From contig CAZZFT010000005.1 in the NCBI GenBank assembly GCA_964653555.1, positions 12,729 to 76,728 of the forward strand: a DNA stretch of 64,000 nucleotides, in the 5' to 3' direction. Shown here in pieces: positions 17,845 through 27,225 of the stretch; the stretch's first letter is position 1; each line of letters starts with the position of its first letter. The DNA comes from an uncultured Spirochaetales bacterium. GTDB taxonomy: Bacteria; Myxococcota_A; UBA9160; SMWR01. Under the pieces are notes generated by a model. That model did not search any database, was not told where the DNA came from, and saw only the letters and a program-made list of their open reading frames with translations. The position numbers and the translations under genes are program-made.

Positions 17845-19119
17845 CTAGCGCCCGTTCGTCGGGGAACCGATGGGGGCCGAGGTGTCGGCGACCGAGCGGG
17901 TCGCTCGCGGACGGCCGGCCTCCACCCGCACCGTCAGGTCGGCGCGGGCCACCTGCACCGCGAGGACCTCTCCAGCAGGCGCGTCGGCGACTTCGCGCAC
18001 GATCGCGCCGTCGCGCGCGCGGCGCACCAGTCCGTAGCCGCGCGCCAGCACCGCCAGCGGCGACAGGGCGTCGAGCGACGCGGCGTGTCGAGCGAGCTCG
18101 CCCCGGCGGCGCAGCAGGTCCGCGGCGATCGCCCGAGCCAGCCCGCTGCGCGCGGACTCCCAGCGCACACGCCCGGCGGACAGGCGGCGCGCGGGCGCCG
18201 ACGCGCGCAGCTCCGCGCCGGCGTGCCGCCAGTCGGAGCGGAGCCGTTCGACCTGGCGGCGCGCGGCCCGCTCGAGACGCTCGCCGCGCCGGGCGAGCTC
18301 ACCGGCGAGGGCGCGGCGGTCGGGGATCGCCAGCTCGGCCGCCGCCGAGGGGGTCGGGGCGCGCGCGTCGGCGACCAGGTCGGCGATCGTCACGTCGATC
18401 TCGTGACCGACGCCCGCGACCACCGGCACCGGACAGGCGGCGATCGCGCGGGCGAGGATCTCCGTGTTGAAGGGCTGGAGATCCTCGAGCGAGCCCCCGC
18501 CCCGGACGAGCAGGATCGCGTCGACCTCCCCGTGCGCGGCCAGGGCCCCGAGCGCCGCGGCCACCTCGTGCTCCGCGCCCAGTCCCTGCACGCGACACGA
18601 AGCCAGCCGCAACGGCAGCCCGGGCAGGCGGCGGCGGGCCACCTCCAGCACGTCGCGCAGCGCGGCGCCCGAGGCGGAGGTCGCGATCCCGAGTCGTCGC
18701 GGAACCGGCGGCAGCGCACGCTTGCGAGCGGGCGCGAACAGGCCCTCGGCCTCGAGACGCCGGCGCAGCTGATCGAAGGCGAGCTGGAGCGCTCCGACGC
18801 CGCGCGGCTCGAGCGCGCGGACCACGAGCTGGAGCTCGCCGCGCGCCTCGTAGACGGAGAGATCGCCGTAGGCCAGCACCTCCATGCCGTCCTCGGGCTC
18901 GAACGCCATCTGCCGCGTGGAAGACCGGAACATCGCGGCGCGCAGCTGACCATCGGGGTCCACCAGTGTGAAGTAGAGATGCCCCGAGGCGGGCCGGCGC
19001 AGGTTGCTGATCTGGCCCACCACCCACAGCCGACCGACACGCTCCTCGAGCAGGCGCCGCACGCCGGCGACGACGGCGCCCACCGGATGGATGCGCGGCG
19101 CGACGCCGGTCTCGGTCAC
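17845..19119 (-). CDS. xseA: Exodeoxyribonuclease VII large subunit
   Basis: An OB-fold N-terminus (LWVVGQISNLRRPASGHLYFTLVD) is followed by LLVRGGGSLEDLQPFN and GVGHEIDVTIADLVAD. The start is a GTG. Confidence 0.9.
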   Translation of the reverse strand: MTETGVAPRIHPVGAVVAGVRRLLEERVGRLWVVGQISNLRRPASGHLYFTLVDPDGQLRAAMFRSSTRQMAFEPEDGMEVLAYGDLSVYEARGELQLVVRALEPRGVGALQLAFDQLRRRLEAEGLFAPARKRALPPVPRRLGIATSASGAALRDVLEVARRRLPGLPLRLASCRVQGLGAEHEVAAALGALAAHGEVDAILLVRGGGSLEDLQPFNTEILARAIAACPVPVVAGVGHEIDVTIADLVADARAPTPSAAAELAIPDRRALAGELARRGERLERAARRQVERLRSDWRHAGAELRASAPARRLSAGRVRWESARSGLARAIAADLLRRRGELARHAASLDALSPLAVLARGYGLVRRARDGAIVREVADAPAGEVLAVQVARADLTVRVEAGRPRATRSVADTSAPIGSPTNGR

Positions 19120-19122
19120 GAG

Positions 19123-20535
19123 CTACGGCGTGGGCGGCGCGGCCTCGGGCGCCCGTGCCTGCATCTGCATCGGCTCTTCGCGCAGGCGCTCGAAGTAGTT
19201 CCAGCTCTTCAGCACCTCGACGGCACGCGCCAGCTGGGCGTCGTCTCCCGGGGCGGCCTCCGCCGGGAAGTCGGCCAGCGACTCGGGCTCATCCGGCTCC
19301 TCTTCGGCGCCGGGCTCTGCGTCCTGGTGGCTGAAGTGTCCCTCGAGGTCCCGCTCGCGCATCCGCCGCGCGCCGTTCTCGGCCACCTCCTCGCCTCCCT
19401 GGCTCACCGAGATGTCGGGCGTGATGCCGACCTCCTGGATCGAGCGACCCGCGGGCGTGTAGTAGAGCGCGGTGGTGAGGCGCAGGCCCGCCCCGTCATC
19501 GAGGGGGTAGACAGTCTGCACCGAGCCCTTGCCGAACGTCTTCTGGCCGATCACCAGGGCGCGGCGCTGGTCCTGAAGGGCGCCGGCGACGATCTCCGAG
19601 GCGCTCGCCGTCCCCTCGTTCACGATCACCGCGATCGGGTAGTTCGGCTCGGTGCCCTCGCCGTTGGCCCGGAATTCCTGGCGCTGGTCCTCGACCCGGC
19701 CCTTCGTGTACACGACCAGACCGTCCTTCAGCCAGACGTTCGAGACCTTGACCGCCTGGTCGAGCAGGCCGCCCGGGTTGTCGCGCAGATCGAGCACGAG
19801 GCCCTCGAAGCTGCTCTGACCGCTCTCCTCGTGCAGCTTCGCGAGCACCTCCTCGAGGTCTTCGACGGTGTGCTCCTGGAAGGCGCGGATGCGCACGTAG
19901 GCGTAGTTCGGCTCCAGCATGCGCCCGGTCACCGACTGGATCTTCACCACGTCGCGCCGGATCGTGATCGGCTGGGGCTCCTCGAAGCCCTCGCGGAAGA
20001 TCTCGATCGTGATCTCGCTGCCCTTCTTCCCGCGCATCAGCTGCACGGCCTCGAACAGCGTCATGTTCTTGCTGCTCCGGCACTCCTCGGTCCAGTCCTT
20101 GGGGACCTCGGTCGGGCAGATCGCCACGATCTGGTCGTGCGCCTTGATCCCGGCCTCGGCCGCGGGCGTGCCCTCGATCGGCGACACCACCTCGATGAAG
20201 CCGTCGCGGCGTTTGGTGATCTCGATGCCGAGGCCGTGGAACTCGCCGCGCGTGTCCACCTGCATCTCGCGGTAGGCCTCGGTGTCGAGGAACGAGGAGT
20301 GGGGATCGAGCTCGGCGAGCATCCCGCGCACCGCACCACGCACCAGCGCGCTCTCGTCCACCTCGTCCACGTAGTTCTGCTCCACCAGGCGCAGCACGCT
20401 CGTGAACAGGTCGAGATCGTCGTAGCGGGTGGCGGCGGCGACGCTGCGGACTCCGCTGGCCACGCCCATCACCAGAGCGGCCGCGCTGACTCCGGCCAGA
20501 AAGGTGAGGAGGAAGCCGATGCGGTTGCGGTTCAT
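19123..20535 (-). CDS. ctpA: Carboxy-terminal processing (S41) protease
   Basis: From ATG 20535 there is an N-terminal TM, a PDZ domain (GLGIEI...VVSPIEGTPAAEAGIKAHDQIV), then LDLRDNPGGLL, NEGTASASEI (Ser) and GQKTFGKGSVQ (Lys). Confidence 0.9.
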   Translation of the reverse strand: MNRNRIGFLLTFLAGVSAAALVMGVASGVRSVAAATRYDDLDLFTSVLRLVEQNYVDEVDESALVRGAVRGMLAELDPHSSFLDTEAYREMQVDTRGEFHGLGIEITKRRDGFIEVVSPIEGTPAAEAGIKAHDQIVAICPTEVPKDWTEECRSSKNMTLFEAVQLMRGKKGSEITIEIFREGFEEPQPITIRRDVVKIQSVTGRMLEPNYAYVRIRAFQEHTVEDLEEVLAKLHEESGQSSFEGLVLDLRDNPGGLLDQAVKVSNVWLKDGLVVYTKGRVEDQRQEFRANGEGTEPNYPIAVIVNEGTASASEIVAGALQDQRRALVIGQKTFGKGSVQTVYPLDDGAGLRLTTALYYTPAGRSIQEVGITPDISVSQGGEEVAENGARRMRERDLEGHFSHQDAEPGAEEEPDEPESLADFPAEAAPGDDAQLARAVEVLKSWNYFERLREEPMQMQARAPEAAPPTP

Positions 20536-20668
20536 GTGCGTTCCCTGCTGCTCTGCCCTGCCCCGCTTCGTCGCGGCGCCGGCCGTCGTCGCTGGCGCCA
20601 TCGAGGCGGGTACGGGCGTGTTCGGGCGTCTTCGGAAGTCTCGCGGCCCCGCTTGAAACGGATCCAGT

Positions 20669-21832
20669 CTACCCGCTGTGCGCCCGGGTGCCGAGAGCGG
20701 CCAGCCACTCGGCGGGGTCGAGGGCCTCGCCGCCGCGCCGCACTTCGAAGTAGAGGCGCGGTCCCTCGAGCGATCCGGTCTCGCCGACCGTTCCGATCTC
20801 CGCGCCGGCCGCGACCGCGTCGCCGAGCCCGACCTCGATCCGGTCCAGGTGCGCGGACACGGTGAAGTGATCCTCGCCGTGGTCGAGGATCACGACGTTG
20901 CCGTAGCCGCGGAAGCGACCGGCATAGCGGACGCGCCCCGCGGCCACGGCCCGGACCGGGGTGCCGACGGGCGCGCGCCAGGCGACTCCCTTCCGGAAGG
21001 TCGCCGTCAGCGAGTCCCGGTCGACCACGCGGCCGAAGCTCTCCTCCAGCTCTCCGTCGACCGGCGCCCGAAGGCGACCGCGCAGCGCGGTGAAGGGCGG
21101 GCCGTCGGGAAGCGCCTCGGCGGCCCGCTCCTGCGCCGAGCCGCCCCAGGCGGCGACCGTCTCCTCGAGCGCCCGCCCGGCGATCTCCAGCTCGGTCAAC
21201 GCCGAGCGCGCCCGGGCACGGTTGCGGCCGAGTTCCCGGGCCAGGCCCTGCTTGCGCTGCCGCTCGTCTTCGAGCTCCCGGGTGCGCTGGGCCAGGGTGC
21301 GGTCGGCGGCGCTGGCGGCTTCGAGCGCGGCGGCGGCGCGCTTCCGCGCCCGCTCCAGAGCGCGCGTCTGGTCGCGGTGGCGCTGGATCAGATCGCTGTC
21401 GCTCCGCAGCAGCCGGCGCAGCAGCTGGACCCGCGTGAAGAAGTCCCGCAGCCCGCCGGCCGAGAACAGCAGGCGCAGCGTGCCGAGGTCGCCCGCCCGG
21501 TACAGGGCCACGGCGCGCTTCGCCATCGCGCGCTCCAGCGAGGCGAGCCGCGTGGCGGCGTCGGCGGAGGTCGCCTCGGCCGCCTCGAGGGCAGCGCGCG
21601 CCTCGCGCGCCTCCTCCTTGGCCCGCGCCGCCTCGACCCGCAGCAGCTCCGCGCTGCGGTCGATGGCGTCGATCGCCTCCAGCAGACCCCGCTGCTCGCG
21701 CTCGTAGGCGGCGACGCGCTCGCGGCTGGTCTCGATCGCGGCCCGGATCTTCTCGAGGTCCGCGGTGGGCTGGGCGGCGGAGGCCGCGGCCAACAGCCCG
21801 ATCCCGGCGGCGACCAGCGCGCCGCGCTTCAC
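20669..21832 (-). CDS. envC: Murein hydrolase activator EnvC-like (coiled coil plus degenerate/active M23 domain)
   Basis: A long coiled-coil N-terminal half is followed by a C-terminal LytM/M23 domain (GYGNVVILDHGEDHFTVSAHL...GETGSLEGPRLYFEVR). It lies directly downstream of ftsX with a GTGA overlap. Confidence 0.85.
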   Translation of the reverse strand: MKRGALVAAGIGLLAAASAAQPTADLEKIRAAIETSRERVAAYEREQRGLLEAIDAIDRSAELLRVEAARAKEEAREARAALEAAEATSADAATRLASLERAMAKRAVALYRAGDLGTLRLLFSAGGLRDFFTRVQLLRRLLRSDSDLIQRHRDQTRALERARKRAAAALEAASAADRTLAQRTRELEDERQRKQGLARELGRNRARARSALTELEIAGRALEETVAAWGGSAQERAAEALPDGPPFTALRGRLRAPVDGELEESFGRVVDRDSLTATFRKGVAWRAPVGTPVRAVAAGRVRYAGRFRGYGNVVILDHGEDHFTVSAHLDRIEVGLGDAVAAGAEIGTVGETGSLEGPRLYFEVRRGGEALDPAEWLAALGTRAHSG

Positions 21833-22734
21833 GGCCGGCTCTCGGAGGCCACGGCGATCGCCGACCCGAGCAGACCCAGCGCGGTGCCACCGCCGCACAG
21901 CCACGCCGTCTCGACCGGATCGAAGAAGCGCGGCGCGAGGCCCCCGAGCACCAGCTCGAGTCCGAACTCGAAGCCCGGCAGCACCAGGCGGAAAAGCGCG
22001 TAGAGGAGCAGCCACGCGAAGGCGGCTCCAGCCGCCCCCTGGAGCGCGCCCTCGATCAGGAAGGGCGTGTTCACGAAGGCGCGGGAGGCCCCGACCAGGG
22101 TCAGGATCGAGAGCTCGTCGCGTCGGGAGAGCACCGCCAGTCGGATCGTGTTGGAGACGATCAGCGTGGTCGCCAACGCCAGGATCACGCCGAGCCCGAT
22201 CGCGAGCCCGCGCACCAGGGCCAGGGCGCGCAGGTAGCCCTCGATCCAGTCGGCGCCGGTGGCGATGTCGACCACACCGGGCAGGGCGGAAACCGCCTGG
22301 GCGACGCGCTCCAGCGCCGCCGCGGTCTGGGCCTGCTCGACGAGGGTGAGCTCGAGCGAGGCCGGGAGCGGATTCGACCCGAGCGCCTCGTCCAGGGCGA
22401 AGCCGCGACCCACGCCGTTGCGGAACCGGATCAGCGCCTCGTCCTCGCTCACCAGGTGCACCTGCGCGACGCCCTCCAGCGCCGCTGCGCGCTGGCGCAG
22501 CGCCTCGCGCTCCGCGTCGCCCAGACCCTGCTCCAGAAACGCCGTCACCTGCACCGCGTCGCCGACCCGGTGCAGCAGCTCCTGCATGTTGATCACCAGC
22601 AGGCCGAAGGCGCCCACCAGCACCAGCGCTACCGCGATCGTCCCGGTGGCGACGAGCGCGGTGCCCGGCGTGGCCGCGATGCCCCGCAGCGCGGTGCGCG
22701 CGAAGTACACGACACGCGCCAGCGGACGGATCAC
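21829..22734 (-). CDS. ftsX: Cell-division ABC permease FtsX
   Basis: It has a 4-TM FtsX-like layout with a large periplasmic loop. It lies between ftsE and envC with GTGA overlaps on both sides. Confidence 0.9.
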   Translation of the reverse strand: MIRPLARVVYFARTALRGIAATPGTALVATGTIAVALVLVGAFGLLVINMQELLHRVGDAVQVTAFLEQGLGDAEREALRQRAAALEGVAQVHLVSEDEALIRFRNGVGRGFALDEALGSNPLPASLELTLVEQAQTAAALERVAQAVSALPGVVDIATGADWIEGYLRALALVRGLAIGLGVILALATTLIVSNTIRLAVLSRRDELSILTLVGASRAFVNTPFLIEGALQGAAGAAFAWLLLYALFRLVLPGFEFGLELVLGGLAPRFFDPVETAWLCGGGTALGLLGSAIAVASESRP

Positions 22735-23492
22735 ACTCCCGCTCCCGGCGCCGGGCGGTCCTCTGCGATCCGGCCGCCCTCGAGCCGCACCGTGCGCTTG
22801 CGGAAGCGCTGCAGGATCGACTGGTCGTGGGTCGCCACCACCACCGTGGTGCCGCGCGTCGCGGTCTCGGCGATCAGATCCATGATCTCCAGGGTGAGAT
22901 CGGGGTCGAGGTTTCCCGTGGGCTCGTCGGCGAGCAGGATCTCCGGCTCGTTGATCAGCGCGCGCGCGATCGCCACCCGCTGCTGCTCACCGCCCGAGAG
23001 CGAGAGCGGACTCTGGTAGCGCCGGTGCTGGAGACCCACCTGCTTCAGGATCGCGAACACCCGCGCGCGCGCCGCGCGTCGCGGTGTCCCGACCACATCC
23101 AGCGCGAGGGCCACGTTCTCCTCGACCGTGCGGCGGGCGAGCAGCTTGAAGTCCTGGAACACGACGCCGATGCGCCGGCGCAGCGCCGGCACCGAGCGCG
23201 GCGACAGGCGGGAGACGTTGCGACCCAGCACCACGATCTGCCCTTCGCTGGGCCGTTCCGCGGCGAAGAGCAGCCGCAGCAGGGAGGTCTTGCCGGCGCC
23301 GCTCGGCCCGGTCAGGAACACCAGCTCCCCGCGCGCGAACTCCAGCGTGACGTCGCGCAGGGCGTAGGTTCCGGCGAGGTAGGACTTCGAGACGTGGAAG
23401 AGCTGAGCGGCCGCCTCCCCCGAGACGGGACGAGGGGAGGCCCCGGCGGGGTGGCCGCGCCAGCGCCCCGGCCTGCCGACGCCCGCGCTCAC
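22731..23492 (-). CDS. ftsE: Cell-division ATP-binding protein FtsE
   Basis: Motifs are LTGPSGAGKTSLL, LSGGEQQRVAIARAL, LLADEPTGNLD and ATHD. The N-terminal roughly 30 aa extension depends on the GTG at 23492, and the true start may be further downstream. Confidence 0.9.
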   Translation of the reverse strand: MSAGVGRPGRWRGHPAGASPRPVSGEAAAQLFHVSKSYLAGTYALRDVTLEFARGELVFLTGPSGAGKTSLLRLLFAAERPSEGQIVVLGRNVSRLSPRSVPALRRRIGVVFQDFKLLARRTVEENVALALDVVGTPRRAARARVFAILKQVGLQHRRYQSPLSLSGGEQQRVAIARALINEPEILLADEPTGNLDPDLTLEIMDLIAETATRGTTVVVATHDQSILQRFRKRTVRLEGGRIAEDRPAPGAGV

Positions 23493-24049
23493 CCGGCCGG
23501 GCGGTTCTTGCGTGCCGCGGTACTGGTGCGATCGGCGGTGCGCTCGCGGGCCTTCTCCGCGAGGTACTCGAGGATCACCTCGTCGAGGGGCTTCTGAGAG
23601 CCGATGCCCTCTCCGAAAGTGCGTTCACCGCGCTGGGTGCTCGGCGCCGTTGCCGCCTTGCGCGCGGGGGTCGGCTGCTCCGCGTCCGCAGGCGCGTTCG
23701 CCTCGGGCTCGGTGTCCGGCTTCGACTCCTGGGAGCCCTGCGAACCCTTCGCCTCGATGCCGGCATCGACCGCCGTGTCGCCGAGCCGCTCGGCGATCAC
23801 CTCGTCGAAGCCCCCGCTCTGGAGCTTCTCGAGCATGGAGGCGTGCTGCTCCTCGATCATGCCGCGCACGACACCGACCAGGTCCTCGGCCTCGAGGTGA
23901 TCGGAGTAGTCGGTCTTGTGCGTTCCGAGGATGGTTCCGCCGTGGTACACGTGGCTGATGATGTGCGGGTTGGCGCGCCCGCTGTCCTCCGTCTGCACGT
24001 GGAAGAGGATTCCCCGGTAGCGGACGTTCGTGTTCGCGCCGGTGATCAT
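23489..24049 (-). CDS. Hypothetical protein (186 aa): compact N-terminal domain plus acidic/disordered tail
   Basis: From ATG 24049 the product reads MITGANTNVRYRGILFHVQTEDSGRANPHIISHVYHGGTILG.... GC3 is high. Its stop overlaps the ftsE GTG (GTGA at 23489-23492). No family is recognised. Confidence 0.6.
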   Translation of the reverse strand: MITGANTNVRYRGILFHVQTEDSGRANPHIISHVYHGGTILGTHKTDYSDHLEAEDLVGVVRGMIEEQHASMLEKLQSGGFDEVIAERLGDTAVDAGIEAKGSQGSQESKPDTEPEANAPADAEQPTPARKAATAPSTQRGERTFGEGIGSQKPLDEVILEYLAEKARERTADRTSTAARKNRPAG

Positions 24050-24265
24050 CCCCCGCCCCCGAGCCGCGCCGCCTGCGCGACGCAGTCTTCCCCTCCGTCC
24101 CGCACTTGTCGACCGGGCCGGAACCGGAGTCGCAGGCAAGCACGGGCACACCAGACCGTCATCGAGCTTCGTTTTCGGCCTCCTGCGGCCCAACCTGAGG
24201 TTTCCCGCGTTTTCCCATGGGGAAGATCCGACTGTGGAGCCCGGATCCCGGCCGGACGCCCTGGG

Positions 24266-24294
24266 CCCCGGCGCGCGAGAGACGCGCGCCGGGG
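24266..24294 (-). terminator. Perfect 12-bp GC hairpin downstream of the PEP-CTERM gene (possible intrinsic terminator, no U-tract)
   Basis: ccccggcgcgcg-agaga-cgcgcgccgggg lies 69 nt beyond the stop at 24363. No T-run follows on either strand. Confidence 0.3.
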
Positions 24295-24362
24295 CAGCGG
24301 CGGCGGGAGGAGGGATCGATGGACCGCCGCCGCGAAGCGGGCCTCAGGGGCTCGAGGGGCGT

Positions 24363-25010
24363 CTAGGGTGCCAGGCGATCGCGGCGGCCGAGCCAGGCGA
24401 GACCGGCCAGGCCGGCGGCGAAGAGCGAGCCCGTGACCGGCTCGGGGACGCCCGCGATCGCCGCGCTCCCGGGCGACGGCGCGCCGACCGCGAAGTCGCT
24501 GGCGTTGTCGCCGGTGTCCACGTCGGCGAAGCGCCGGGCCAGAGAGCTGTCGGCCGGCGCGTCGGGCGCCGCACTGCCCTCCCCGGCGAAGAAGTCGGCC
24601 GGCCCGAAGTCGCCATAGCCGAGCGCGTCGAGCACCGATCCGGCGTCGCGGAGCACCACCGAATCGGGGCCGTTCTGGAAGTCGAAGTCGGCGATCTGGT
24701 CGGCGTTCGGGACTGCGGTCGTCCCGTCGCCCGCGTCGTCCGCCAGCACGAAGAGGCCGTTCGCCCCGACCACGCCCGACAGGTCCAGGCGGTCGGTGAC
24801 GGCGCCGTTCGAGCCGTTGATTCCCTCGACGATCAGCCCGTCGAGTACGGTGCCCGGAGTGGCGTAGATCTCGACGAAGGACAGTCCGTCGTCGGAGCCG
24901 GAGGCGTCGTAGAACACCTCCGACAGCAGGGGCAGCGCGCCGACGCCGACCGGAGCGGCGAGCCCACCCAGGGCGAAGGCGGCCGCGAGGCCGCGAAGCG
25001 AGAACGTCAT
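24363..25010 (-). CDS. Lamin-tail-domain (LTD)-like secreted protein with PEP-CTERM sorting signal
   Basis: From ATG 25010 there is a signal peptide MTFSLRGLAAAFALGGLAAPVGVGA. The LTD-like core reads SEVFYDASGSDDGLSFVEIY...NGLFVLADD...DSVVL. The C-terminus is VPEPVTGSLFAAGLAGLAWLGRRDRLAP, that is PEP, TM, then basic residues. Confidence 0.8.
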   Translation of the reverse strand: MTFSLRGLAAAFALGGLAAPVGVGALPLLSEVFYDASGSDDGLSFVEIYATPGTVLDGLIVEGINGSNGAVTDRLDLSGVVGANGLFVLADDAGDGTTAVPNADQIADFDFQNGPDSVVLRDAGSVLDALGYGDFGPADFFAGEGSAAPDAPADSSLARRFADVDTGDNASDFAVGAPSPGSAAIAGVPEPVTGSLFAAGLAGLAWLGRRDRLAP

Positions 25011-26560
25011 GGCAATGGTTCCTGTTCGGGGAGGGAGGGACCTGCGGAATCCCGGTGCGCGAGCTGCTCGCTGAACCAGCCGCCCGTCCACGCGTCGAGA
25101 CCGGAGGCCAGCTCGGCAGCGCGCAGGCGCAGCGCCGTCTCGGAGGCCTCCGGCTCCGGCGCCGCCAGGGAGGCGAGCACGCGCTGGCGCTCGAAGTAGA
25201 GCTGGTCGATCTCGTCGAGCACGTCGTCGCGCAGCTGCGCCACCAGCCGCGCTTCGCGCGACACGTCGATGCGCTCGGGGTTGAAGACCGCCTCGCCCAG
25301 GTCCCAGGAGAGCTCGAGGGAGACTCCGTAGTCCTCGCCCTCGCTGCGATCGCGGTCGCGGAGGTAGCGCTTGGCGCCCGACAGGAACGCCTCGTCGTCG
25401 TCGATCCCGTGGTCGCGGTCGCGCCCCCAGTCGCCGCGAAGGCTCACCGCCGGGTAGAGCGCGCTGCGGCCCGCGGCGTCCCACAGCTCGCGCATGCGAG
25501 AGGGCGCGAGGGCCAGGTAGTGGAGGGCCTGGCGCTGCACCTGGCGCACCGGGGGGTCGGTCCACGGCGCCGGAGCCGGCGACCGCCGCCCCGCGTCCTT
25601 GCCGGACCGGTCGACGATGCGGAGCAGTCCGCGGGCGGTGGCGACGACCAGGTGGTCGCCCGTGCCCGCGACCGCCGTCACGGCGATGCTTCCCGCCGGC
25701 GGACCGCTGCGCCGCCACGGGCCGGCCGCGTCCGGGGCCGTCAGCAGCCCGGCGTCGGTGGCCAGCCACAGGCGATCGGGATCCGCCACGAGGCGCAGCG
25801 GAACCGCTCCCGGCGGCAGCACGGGATGCTCGACCCGCCAGCCGCCCCCGGGCGCGAGGATCGCCAGGGATCGCGCCAGCAGCACCAACAACTCGCCCCG
25901 GGATCCGCGGACGAGGTCGAGGGGTCCCTCCTCCCCTTCGCCTGCGAGCGGGAGCGCCTGGCGCACTCCCAGCGCGTCGGGACCCGCTCTCCAAAGCGCC
26001 CCGTCGATCACGGCCCACACCGTGAGGTCACCGCCGCTCCCGGGCATCAGGAGCACTCGGCGCGCCTCGCCGAAGGGAAGCTCCGGCATGCGCCGCCAGA
26101 CGGGCTCGGGGACGGATGCTTCGGCGAGGTACACCCCGGCCCCGGTGGCCGCCGCCAGCCACCCGGCGGCCGAGTCGAGATCGGCGACCGCGCGGGCGGC
26201 CTCGCCGGTGCCGATCCGCTCGGAGAACACGCGGCCGGGCCCGGCGATCCGGTACAGGCCAGCGTCGGTCGCCGCGAGCAGAGTGCCGTCGGGCTCGAAT
26301 ACGAGATCGCGCACCGGACCGCGGGCGAGCACGCGCTCGAGCGGTCCGTCGATCGGGCCCCAGGCCACGCCGCGTTCACCCCCGACGGCGAGGCGGGCGG
26401 TCGCGCCGTCGAAGGCAAGCGCCTGGGCGCGATCGATGCCTGCGGGCGCGCCCAGCTGCAGCCAGCGGGCGCCGGCGACATCGGTACCGGCGGCCGTCGA
26501 CGCAGCGAGCAGCGAGAGCAGCGCGAGGCGCGCGAGGCGATCGATCTGGAGCAGACGCAC
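25007..26560 (-). CDS. Secreted beta-propeller-repeat protein with unknown C-terminal domain
   Basis: From GTG 26560 the signal-like start is VRLLQIDRLARLALLSLLAASTAAG. Repeated motifs follow (GTLLAATDAGLYRI, WLAAATGAGVYLA, LWLATDAGLLTA, HLVVATARGLLRI). There is an ATGA overlap with the PEP-CTERM gene. The start is uncertain. Confidence 0.65.
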   Translation of the reverse strand: MRLLQIDRLARLALLSLLAASTAAGTDVAGARWLQLGAPAGIDRAQALAFDGATARLAVGGERGVAWGPIDGPLERVLARGPVRDLVFEPDGTLLAATDAGLYRIAGPGRVFSERIGTGEAARAVADLDSAAGWLAAATGAGVYLAEASVPEPVWRRMPELPFGEARRVLLMPGSGGDLTVWAVIDGALWRAGPDALGVRQALPLAGEGEEGPLDLVRGSRGELLVLLARSLAILAPGGGWRVEHPVLPPGAVPLRLVADPDRLWLATDAGLLTAPDAAGPWRRSGPPAGSIAVTAVAGTGDHLVVATARGLLRIVDRSGKDAGRRSPAPAPWTDPPVRQVQRQALHYLALAPSRMRELWDAAGRSALYPAVSLRGDWGRDRDHGIDDDEAFLSGAKRYLRDRDRSEGEDYGVSLELSWDLGEAVFNPERIDVSREARLVAQLRDDVLDEIDQLYFERQRVLASLAAPEPEASETALRLRAAELASGLDAWTGGWFSEQLAHRDSAGPSLPEQEPLP

Positions 26561-26713
26561 GCGCGGCGCCGGAGCAAGGGGTGTGCCGGACCCGCGCCTC
26601 GCGGCGACGCCCGCGAGTCCGCGCACTTGCGCGCGAGCGGCAGGCCGCGCGCGCCCCCGCGTGCCCGTGCGCTGACGCGGTCGCGCGAACTCGCGCCCAC
26701 GCCGCAGGCCTGC

Positions 26714-26742
26714 TTGACGCCCCCCAGCGCCTCTTCGAGAAT
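26714..26742 (+). promoter_or_regulatory. Candidate sigma70-type promoter (TTGACG-17 nt-GAGAAT) ending 6 nt before the ATG of the DUF4124 gene, implying a possibly leaderless transcript
   Basis: TTGACG is at 26714-26719 and GAGAAT at 26737-26742. The ATG at 26749 is 7 nt after the -10 element, and no SD sequence lies in between. Confidence 0.3.
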
Positions 26743-26748
26743 TGGTCC

Positions 26749-27225
26749 ATGCCGGCGCGTCCGCCCCGCTTCCCGCTCGCGCGCGCGATCGCCGCGGCCG
26801 CGCTGCTGCTCGCCGTACCGCTCTCGCTCGGCGCGAGCTCGCGAACCCCGCTCTTCCGATGGAAGGACGGGAGCGGCGCTGTCCACTACACGACCGAGGT
26901 CCAGCAGATTCCCGAAGCCAAGCGCGGGCAGGCAGAGATCGTCGAGGTCGCGCCGCCGGCCCCGGTGCGCCTCGCCCAGCCCGCGACCCCCGAGCCCGCG
27001 CCCGTGCCCGACAGCGAGCTCGATGCGCGCATCGAGGCCCTCGAGCGCGCCATCGCGGACGACGAGGCCGTGCTCGCCGACTATCTCTCCGACGGCGACG
27101 AGGCCCAGCGCCTGCGCGACGCCGGCGAGATCGACGCGATCGCGCAACGCCTGCCCCAGCGCCAGGAGGAGCTGCGCGCGCTGCGCGCGCAACGCGCCGG
27201 CGGCGGCAAAGCCGATGCCCCCTGA
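26749..27225 (+). CDS. DUF4124-like periplasmic protein (signal peptide, small beta domain, coiled coil)
   Basis: The product reads MPARPPRFPLARAIAAAALLLAVPLSLGA, then LFRWKDGSGAVHYTTEVQQIPE, the typical DUF4124 motif. It overlaps the cofD start by 11 nt. Confidence 0.7.
   Translation: MPARPPRFPLARAIAAAALLLAVPLSLGASSRTPLFRWKDGSGAVHYTTEVQQIPEAKRGQAEIVEVAPPAPVRLAQPATPEPAPVPDSELDARIEALERAIADDEAVLADYLSDGDEAQRLRDAGEIDAIAQRLPQRQEELRALRAQRAGGGKADAP

Noticed and set aside
25055-27214. The N-terminal 720 codons of the 1038-aa plus-strand ORF 25055..28171.
   Set aside because: Only the 3' 957 nt encode CofD. The upstream part is antisense to the beta-propeller gene and crosses the divergent promoter region and the DUF4124 gene in another frame.
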